Shown here one piece after another: positions 57,574-64,000 of a stretch of DNA of 64,000 nt. The stretch lies in sequence record NC_070952.1, one strand, 5' to 3'. Numbering within the stretch: the first letter of the stretch is position 1; each line of letters opens with the position of its first letter. The position numbers were made by a program, and so were the translations under genes. A model generated the notes under the pieces. The model was not told where the DNA came from and ran no database searches. It saw only the letters and a program-made list of their open reading frames with translations.

Positions 57574-59083
57574 GCAACAAACTGTATTGATGGCGACACC
57601 TATCGCTGCTTTGGCAACCGAGAAAGGTATTGATCTGCATGAAGCAGCAAGCGATATCATTAAGGGTCTTGATGAGACCACTTCGAACATCGTGAGCTTC
57701 ACCCCAGATAACATCGCTGTCGAATTGCCTGATTACACCGGACTGGTTCCAGAGCACACTGAAGTAATGGATGCAGCGACCACTATGGTTGCCGATGCTA
57801 TTCGTGGTGCCCTGTACGTTATCTCCCAGAACGTTAAACCTATCCTGTCTGAAGTGGAACAACGCCTGCGTGATTCCATCTCTGCTGACTCTGCTGTGGA
57901 AACTATTCTGAGCAACGTTCAGCTGGAAATGGTTAATGTGGAACCTGCGTTCCTGAATTCCTATTTCTACCCAACAGAACCAGCGCCAGCGTTCCGTGAC
58001 ATCCAGACTGTCCGTATGAGTGATCTGCTGCAAGGCAGTTACCCACGCATGTCTGGTGCCGAACTGGTTGATCTGATTGCTGTGGACGTTCCTGACCTGC
58101 AACCGTTCTTTATGGACCCAGCAGAAGTTGAACGCGTGTACAGCTCGCTGTTCGTTGAGAAATACTTCTACAGTGTGTTCAGTCCTAATGCAGTAAGTAA
58201 CGGCGTTGCCAATATCACATCCCCACTGAACTATCGTTTTGATTCGTTCCGTTCTCTGGTGATTGGTACCTTGATCCTGAATAAGCTGACTTCGATGGAT
58301 GATCCCATCGACGGTGTCACCGGCATCAGCCTGGAAGATTACCGTGTGTCTCTGCGTGTAACCCGTGACTTGTTTGGTACCATGCTCTGGCACTTCAAAC
58401 AGATCTGGGAGCAGCGTGCTGCTGCAGGTATTGTAGTGATCGACAACGGTTTACAATACAAGCCATTGAGCGATTCTTCTACAGGTGACTTGCCAGTTAT
58501 CAAAGGTCCTCTGGTGATTGGTTATAACAATGCTATCCTGACCATGTTCGCTGACTCGGATCAATTGAGTTTGTCTGAATATGTGCTGGGCTTTGTTTAT
58601 GCTAAGTTCCGTGAATACCGTGTGAAAGACATCATCACCGATAAAGATATCGTGGTTGAAGCGTGGCGCGAATACCAGAACGACGTTTCTACTGCACTGA
58701 TGGCTAATAAAGGCGCCAATGCACGTCGCGTCTTCAGGCAGGTAATGGAATCTCTGGCCGGTAAGGAAGAGTACAAGCCACTGCTGGAAATCATGGAAGA
58801 CAATCTGCCAATGACTCAGCGAGCACTGTCTCGTGTGACTCAAGCGATTGACTTGAACGTGTTCTTCAACAACACGGCTTTACTGGATGCGGTGTTACGT
58901 GGTAACAACTCACTGATGAACACCCAGCTGGCTGTGGTCCTGGCAGATGTGTTCGACAGTCCACTGGCACGTGAGATTTTGGTGATCAATGCCAAGAACC
59001 CAGCCGGTACTCTGGAACAACAGCGTAAAGCATTATCTCACGCGATTGACCAGGTTATCATCAAGCGTCTGCTTAAAGTCTAA
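57566..59083 (+). CDS. Virion head protein (phiKZ gp177-like)
   Basis: Start MIKQQ after CAGGAG; position between vRNAP beta and beta'-C is conserved in phiKZ-like phages. Confidence 0.65.
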   Translation: MIKQQTVLMATPIAALATEKGIDLHEAASDIIKGLDETTSNIVSFTPDNIAVELPDYTGLVPEHTEVMDAATTMVADAIRGALYVISQNVKPILSEVEQRLRDSISADSAVETILSNVQLEMVNVEPAFLNSYFYPTEPAPAFRDIQTVRMSDLLQGSYPRMSGAELVDLIAVDVPDLQPFFMDPAEVERVYSSLFVEKYFYSVFSPNAVSNGVANITSPLNYRFDSFRSLVIGTLILNKLTSMDDPIDGVTGISLEDYRVSLRVTRDLFGTMLWHFKQIWEQRAAAGIVVIDNGLQYKPLSDSSTGDLPVIKGPLVIGYNNAILTMFADSDQLSLSEYVLGFVYAKFREYRVKDIITDKDIVVEAWREYQNDVSTALMANKGANARRVFRQVMESLAGKEEYKPLLEIMEDNLPMTQRALSRVTQAIDLNVFFNNTALLDAVLRGNNSLMNTQLAVVLADVFDSPLAREILVINAKNPAGTLEQQRKALSHAIDQVIIKRLLKV

Positions 59084-59829
59084 TGGATTTTGAGAACCTA
59101 AAAAAAGACAGAGAGCGGGTAAACACCGCTCTCAAAGTCTTGCCTGATGGAAGCGTGGTTGCTGTCAAGAAAGTCACGGTCTGTTTCCCTAAGCGGTTTG
59201 AACAAAGTAACCTGGCAGAGATCTCTGACACCGTAACAGCTATTTTGATGTTGGGTGTGATCTTTGATGGGTCCTATGCGTTCTTTGGGGGAATGGTCAA
59301 GGTTGTCTTGAAGCCTGGGGATATTTACGAAGAGACGATCAAGAACGATCGTTACTACATGCTTGACTTCGAACCCGGTGATGTTGTAATTGAAGCATTG
59401 ACTGTTCCTATGGACAGCAATATCGGTTACTACTATTACTTGGAGTTCACCAAGTATGCGCGTATTCCTTGGTACCTGGATGCTGATGACCTTCTTGGCA
59501 TTTATGATGAAGCCAAGTTCTACACAGGTAAATCAATGGGAACGTGTAACCAAGCAGTCCGCGTGTTGTATGCGTTGACTCAGCGTGATCCGAATAACTT
59601 GGACATTCCGTTCCGTTACTCGCCTTCCCTAAAGGACTTATCTATTAAACCGCGTATCATCGGTATTAACAACCCAGGACAATTGTTGAACTCAACCTTT
59701 AGCCGTTTAGCATCGGGTTATATGGCAGACAACATTATCTCGGGTATCTTGAACCCTGATACGAAAGTGACAAATCTGGAAGAAGTTATTCGCGGCTTAC
59801 CTGCCGCCGCAGGAGATAATAATGGCTGA
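59083..59829 (+). CDS. Virion RNA polymerase beta' subunit, C-terminal part (phiKZ gp176-like)
   Basis: STFSRLASGYMADNIISGI..LEEVIRG aligns with RpoC SFISAASFQETTRVLTEAA..LKENVIVG; synteny. Confidence 0.75.
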   Translation: MDFENLKKDRERVNTALKVLPDGSVVAVKKVTVCFPKRFEQSNLAEISDTVTAILMLGVIFDGSYAFFGGMVKVVLKPGDIYEETIKNDRYYMLDFEPGDVVIEALTVPMDSNIGYYYYLEFTKYARIPWYLDADDLLGIYDEAKFYTGKSMGTCNQAVRVLYALTQRDPNNLDIPFRYSPSLKDLSIKPRIIGINNPGQLLNSTFSRLASGYMADNIISGILNPDTKVTNLEEVIRGLPAAAGDNNG

Positions 59830-60673
59830 TATCAGCTTAGGTAATATCATTCTTGCTGATACAGGTAAGAAAGGGATTCTCAAACCTGACCAGGATGGTC
59901 GTTATCTGTTGAACGCAGGTGGATTCAATATGCCTAACCATGCGGGCATTACTTATCCGTCCAACGATTACATTCTTGATCAAATCAATGCCAACTCTGA
60001 TTTGCAACGTCGTGTTAAAATGGGCTATTGCAAAATGGAACGTGAACACCCAGAGCCGTTTTTCTATGTGATTGAGAATGGGGTTAAATACGCCAAACCA
60101 ATGACTGACATTCTGCAATGGATCAACCGTTTACGTTCTTATGACCCAGCCAACATCTGTGGGTTGATCAGTGAAGTGTTGTTTAAATTTGAAAACGAAC
60201 GTAACCCTATGGCTCCAATCTGGAACTATATTCGTTGTGAACCGTTTGGTCCGCTTGGTTCTGAATTTAAAGAATCGTTAGAAAACCCTCGTCACAATAC
60301 CGCGGTCTCTATCCGTACTCAGATCTCTCCGTTCAAACCAGGTGAAACCCGTAAGAATGTAGAGTACTGGACTGGATACGACTGGGTCTCTGAACCAGGG
60401 ATGATTCACGCTAACAAACACATGACGGCAGGCTGTGAAAGCTTCCTGAATGACTTTGGTCTGAAAGACAACATTCGTAAGTTTAAAGTAAGCGACATGT
60501 TGGCCCGTTTGGATGAAGCATTGCATACCGAAGTGGCTGACCAAGATGCGTTGATTCGCGTTGGTGGGTTAGAAGCACTGGATCATTATCGTGACGTACT
60601 GAATGTAATGAAGACTCGTTACAAGTCAGGCGAAGAGATTGGGGCGAAAGTCAATTTCACCGACATCTTTTAA
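59822..60673 (+). CDS. Prohead (head maturation) protease (phiKZ gp175/SPN3US gp245-like)
   Basis: EREHP (His), AVSIRT (Ser), GYDWVSEPG (Asp); synteny after the gp176 homologue. Confidence 0.85.
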   Translation: MADISLGNIILADTGKKGILKPDQDGRYLLNAGGFNMPNHAGITYPSNDYILDQINANSDLQRRVKMGYCKMEREHPEPFFYVIENGVKYAKPMTDILQWINRLRSYDPANICGLISEVLFKFENERNPMAPIWNYIRCEPFGPLGSEFKESLENPRHNTAVSIRTQISPFKPGETRKNVEYWTGYDWVSEPGMIHANKHMTAGCESFLNDFGLKDNIRKFKVSDMLARLDEALHTEVADQDALIRVGGLEALDHYRDVLNVMKTRYKSGEEIGAKVNFTDIF

Positions 60674-60679
60674 TGGACT

Positions 60680-60706
60680 CTCTACTCTTCCCTAGGGAAG
60701 AGTAGA
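60680..60706 (+). terminator. Hairpin terminator (CTACTC family)
   Basis: CTCTACTCTTCC-tag-GGAAGAGTAGAG. Confidence 0.72.
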
Positions 60707-60821
60707 GGTTTATGTTTGCCTGTTAAATTGTTTGATAAATCGCAAATAACAACCCACTTATTTTTTATATAGTTTGCAATTATACGTCACAGCATTTCAA
60801 CATTTTATTAAGGTCTAAACG

Positions 60822-61376
60822 ATGTCTATTAATTTAAACACTCTGCGCATTGCTACCCAAGTACGTGAACTTCTTCTTCAGGGTGTAACACTGAAAAATA
60901 CTTTTAAAGGAATGGAAGAGACCTGGCTCAGTTTGTATGACACAGACAAACGCTGCCTGATCGTGGAACAACACGCTACCAAGGTTAAATTCCAGCTGGT
61001 CAGCACCTATGCAATCAAACTGATCAGATACATAAACAGCATCGTGGGTCTTGATCTGGTTCCGCTGGCACAACAAGATCCAGAAACTCGTACCTGGAAG
61101 AACGATGCCGTTGTTCTGAACATCGGTGGTAACAAAGTAAAGAGCCATGAACATATGTTCCGGGCCATGTTACTTAACCTGTTCGGGATCTCTGAAGACA
61201 TCATCGCTATCGCGTTTGAACCGACTGCTGAAAACATTCGTACATATGTTAAGAAAACGTATGACATCGATCTGGGCGATACTGAAGGCTTGACCTCAGA
61301 GCTCACGATCGAAGAAGCCGAAGAGGCATTACAAACCTACTTGGCTGATCCAACCAAAGCGTATCGACTTTACTAA
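60822..61376 (+). CDS. Hypothetical protein
   Basis: 184-aa ORF, AAGGT SD. Confidence 0.7.
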   Translation: MSINLNTLRIATQVRELLLQGVTLKNTFKGMEETWLSLYDTDKRCLIVEQHATKVKFQLVSTYAIKLIRYINSIVGLDLVPLAQQDPETRTWKNDAVVLNIGGNKVKSHEHMFRAMLLNLFGISEDIIAIAFEPTAENIRTYVKKTYDIDLGDTEGLTSELTIEEAEEALQTYLADPTKAYRLY

Positions 61377-61383
61377 TTAAACT

Positions 61384-61411
61384 GACTAAGAGGGGTAACT
61401 CCTTCTTAGTC
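61384..61411 (+). terminator. Hairpin terminator
   Basis: GACTAAGAGGGG-taac-TCCTTCTTAGTC then T-rich. Confidence 0.65.
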
Positions 61412-61420
61412 TATTTATTT

Positions 61421-61447
61421 TCAGGCTGATATTATTAGAGTGTAAAC
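61421..61447 (+). promoter_or_regulatory. Phage promoter motif, copy 8
   Basis: TCAGGCTGATATTATTAGAGTGTAAAC. Confidence 0.75.
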
Positions 61448-61473
61448 TATATAAATATTTTTCTGGAGTTGTT

Positions 61474-62421
61474 ATGGAATCGTTAATGTTGCGTCGTTTT
61501 ACTCGATCTGAAGAAGATGAACTGGATGTTTTCCACGGAACCTCTGTAAAGAAATCCCAGGTAATTACCATAGGGCAGGTTCTTCTTCTTAACTGCTATT
61601 ACCCAACCCAAGAATTTGAAGCCCCTCGTTTGAATGAGGCACTGTGCCAATTCAACTATGGTAACGGGCGTGTCTCTCCTTTCCTGAATAAAGTTGACGC
61701 TATCCGATTGACTGAATCATTACGTGGACTGTTACCGCGTATTCAGCGTGATGGCGAGCGCACCCAAATGGGTGATCGTTTAAAATGTGGTGAAGTTCAG
61801 ATTAGCGGTACCGAAATGCATTTTGCCAATAATGGTGGTCGGTATAAGAACAGAGGAGATGCTGTTGAGTTTATCAGTGGGTTGATCTCTGGGTTAACTT
61901 CTTTTGTGGCGGAGAGTGGGGAACAGTATCCTTTCATCACGAAAAAGAAATACGAGAACGGGGTTGACACCGATACCATGTTATTGGTTACCCATCACGG
62001 TGACTTAAGTTACGACGCTTTCCCTTCTTATCTCCGTTACACCCACTCCACTAACGGACGGGGTGGTGAGCTGACTCTGCAATACGGACAGCTTCGCCTT
62101 TATTTAAATGAAGGACATACCCGTGGTGTGAGCTGGAAGCACTTCTTAGCTGTGCTGGCAGAAGGTCTGGCCAATGTAGCTAAAGCAATAGAAGACGGCG
62201 CTAAGCATCATACAGAACGTCTGTATGAAGATCACGTTGTGCTGGGTAAGTACAATTTCTATGTCGGGATGATTCGTGAATATCGTGGCACCTTTGTGGT
62301 CATTAGTTCCGATCTTTCCTGTACTAACTCTAAGGTGAGTTTTGTTGTTGAAAAAGACAACTTCACTCAGCTGAAGAATTTCATTAAAGCAGTTGTTCTT
62401 TATCTGGAGAAAGATAAATGA
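61474..62421 (+). CDS. Hypothetical protein
   Basis: 315-aa ORF, GGAG SD. Confidence 0.7.
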   Translation: MESLMLRRFTRSEEDELDVFHGTSVKKSQVITIGQVLLLNCYYPTQEFEAPRLNEALCQFNYGNGRVSPFLNKVDAIRLTESLRGLLPRIQRDGERTQMGDRLKCGEVQISGTEMHFANNGGRYKNRGDAVEFISGLISGLTSFVAESGEQYPFITKKKYENGVDTDTMLLVTHHGDLSYDAFPSYLRYTHSTNGRGGELTLQYGQLRLYLNEGHTRGVSWKHFLAVLAEGLANVAKAIEDGAKHHTERLYEDHVVLGKYNFYVGMIREYRGTFVVISSDLSCTNSKVSFVVEKDNFTQLKNFIKAVVLYLEKDK

Positions 62422-63086
62422 CTGATATTGCGGGCGTACAAATTCCTGAGGGAATGAAAGTGGATAATGTAACCTTTAAGGAGAGTTACACCCAGGCTCG
62501 GGATGAATTCGGTAACGGTTATATCGAATTCGATATTGACGGCAAGATTAAAACTGCTGAGTACACCAATACTTCTTATGGTTCTCCACCTAAGGACGTA
62601 AAGGGATACAACAAGTCCATCAAAAACTTCACTGGTATTCTGGACTTAATTGATTTCACAATCATTGCAGTGCGTGGTCAATTGGTATTTGGATTTGGCT
62701 GCGCGGTACCTGAAGCTATGGCTATGTTTACTTCTTTCTATAGTTGGGGGCGTATCTGGGAAGAAATGCGTGGACATTTTGGTTCACTGAAAGAAGAAGA
62801 CATAGAGGCGTTTGAATCAGCCCTGAATCATTTTATCAAGGGGTTATCGAAACCTTTAGATGAAGAAATTGTTTCTGAGGACTTTATTGATCAGACTAAC
62901 CCTTTCTTTTCCCACTACAGCGGGCATATGTCGTCGGCTGCTTGGATGAGTCATATCCATAGTGTTCGTGAGTTGTATCAACGCGGTTACGTAACCGATA
63001 AAGATTCTTATTTGGAAGAGCGTTGGGAAGGAAGCTTCGCCAAAGAACGCACACTTCCTGTAATTCAGGGAAACAAAAATGACTGA
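62418..63086 (+). CDS. Hypothetical protein
   Basis: 222-aa ORF, overlaps upstream stop. Confidence 0.7.
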   Translation: MTDIAGVQIPEGMKVDNVTFKESYTQARDEFGNGYIEFDIDGKIKTAEYTNTSYGSPPKDVKGYNKSIKNFTGILDLIDFTIIAVRGQLVFGFGCAVPEAMAMFTSFYSWGRIWEEMRGHFGSLKEEDIEAFESALNHFIKGLSKPLDEEIVSEDFIDQTNPFFSHYSGHMSSAAWMSHIHSVRELYQRGYVTDKDSYLEERWEGSFAKERTLPVIQGNKND

Positions 63087-63468
63087 TAAAATCAGTAAAG
63101 TGGTGGAGCTGATTAAAGTAGCTAAACCAAAGAACGTTTGTGTGTTATTGGAAGTCCCGGTGGGTCATACCTTTGACGATGCCAAAGTAAACAGCCGTAA
63201 TGTTCAGCGCTTGGATGAGATCTTAGGTGAGGTAGAAGATGGGGCGGTTGATCCATCTATTCCTATGACATGCCATCTCGTCACCAAGACACCTGTTAAA
63301 GAAGGGCATGCACAGATTCTTCCGATGTACTCTTTCTTTGATCCAAAGGTGAAACTGCGCAGCGTCATGGTTTATGATCTGGTTCTCGTTAAATGCCTCG
63401 ACAACAAGTACCTGGTTATGAAAGTACCGGAAGGGATTGACCTTCTTCCATTCGCTCAGCTTGATTAA
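63079..63468 (+). CDS. Hypothetical protein
   Basis: 129-aa ORF. Confidence 0.65.
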   Translation: MTDKISKVVELIKVAKPKNVCVLLEVPVGHTFDDAKVNSRNVQRLDEILGEVEDGAVDPSIPMTCHLVTKTPVKEGHAQILPMYSFFDPKVKLRSVMVYDLVLVKCLDNKYLVMKVPEGIDLLPFAQLD

Positions 63469-63480
63469 AAGGAATAAACG

Positions 63481-63885
63481 ATGGTTGATTGTGATTTGCC
63501 TGATTGTCAGTTTGATCCTATCGATCAACGAGACGGTTCCGATAAGCATTACATTCGTGCGGTCAGTTCCCGTCGTTCTGGGAAATATTTGGTCCGTAAC
63601 TTGGAACACATTGCTATTGCATTGGATATCCTCCAAGTTGCCAAGTGTGTAGAAAGCATCGGTGACAGCGAAGGGGTTGATTCTAAGCTTCTGCAAGGCC
63701 GGAATATTAATGTCATCTTTGGCATTAAAGGAAATGGAACCTGGGCAGGTTACCGTCAATATGTACTTGATAAATACAATATTGATATGGGTCCAGTTCC
63801 TGAAAATGCACAGCGTCCGTATTCTGTTACCATTGAAGTCACTATCCATAACTGGCTGAATGGCGAACCGCTGTTGTTTTATTAA
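63481..63885 (+). CDS. Hypothetical protein
   Basis: 134-aa ORF, AAGGA SD. Confidence 0.65.
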   Translation: MVDCDLPDCQFDPIDQRDGSDKHYIRAVSSRRSGKYLVRNLEHIAIALDILQVAKCVESIGDSEGVDSKLLQGRNINVIFGIKGNGTWAGYRQYVLDKYNIDMGPVPENAQRPYSVTIEVTIHNWLNGEPLLFY

Positions 63886-64000
63886 TGTATTACTGAAGTA
63901 GTAATAACTGGGGATCACTGACCAAACTCCCCATTGCAATAAAAACGGTCTAACTGACCAATATCTTTTATCATTCAAACATAAATAGGAATGAACACAT

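Noticed and set aside
1-64000. Alternative genetic code or stop-codon readthrough
   Set aside because: Known genes translate full-length under the standard code, with tight packing.

Overview
64 kb segment of a phiKZ-like (Chimalliviridae-type) jumbo myovirus. It is closest in style to OBP-like phages: the endolysin closely resembles OBPgp279 as I recall it, and there is a GroEL-like chaperonin and a GH19 tail lysin. The host is probably enterobacterial, given the E. coli-like NrdB and Tdk and an LrhA-like fragment. The left ~24 kb is an accessory/early region of + strand operons, each launched by a conserved TCAGACtgATATtATt-N4-TGTA motif (8 copies in the window) and closed by hairpins. It carries nucleotide-metabolism genes (nrdB, thyA, folA, tdk, HAD phosphatase), two GNATs, a metallophosphoesterase, a ClpP-like protease, a chaperonin and many small membrane proteins. 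The right ~40 kb is conserved core: virion proteins, SNF2 helicase, RecA/UvsX-like ATPase, four of the five virion RNA polymerase subunits, a 2404-aa tail lysin/tape measure, endolysin and prohead protease. No tRNA, CRISPR array or IS element was seen. Most notable observations: a DNA-binding-domain-only copy of the host flagellar/virulence regulator LrhA/HexA/PecT, a ClpP+GroEL operon, a pair of catalytic-domain-free peptidoglycan-binding paralogs, a tandem array of five 2-TM microproteins, an RNase H-fold protein lacking all catalytic acids, and a near-perfect 55-bp duplicated hairpin element. All family assignments come from motif recognition and memory, not database searches.
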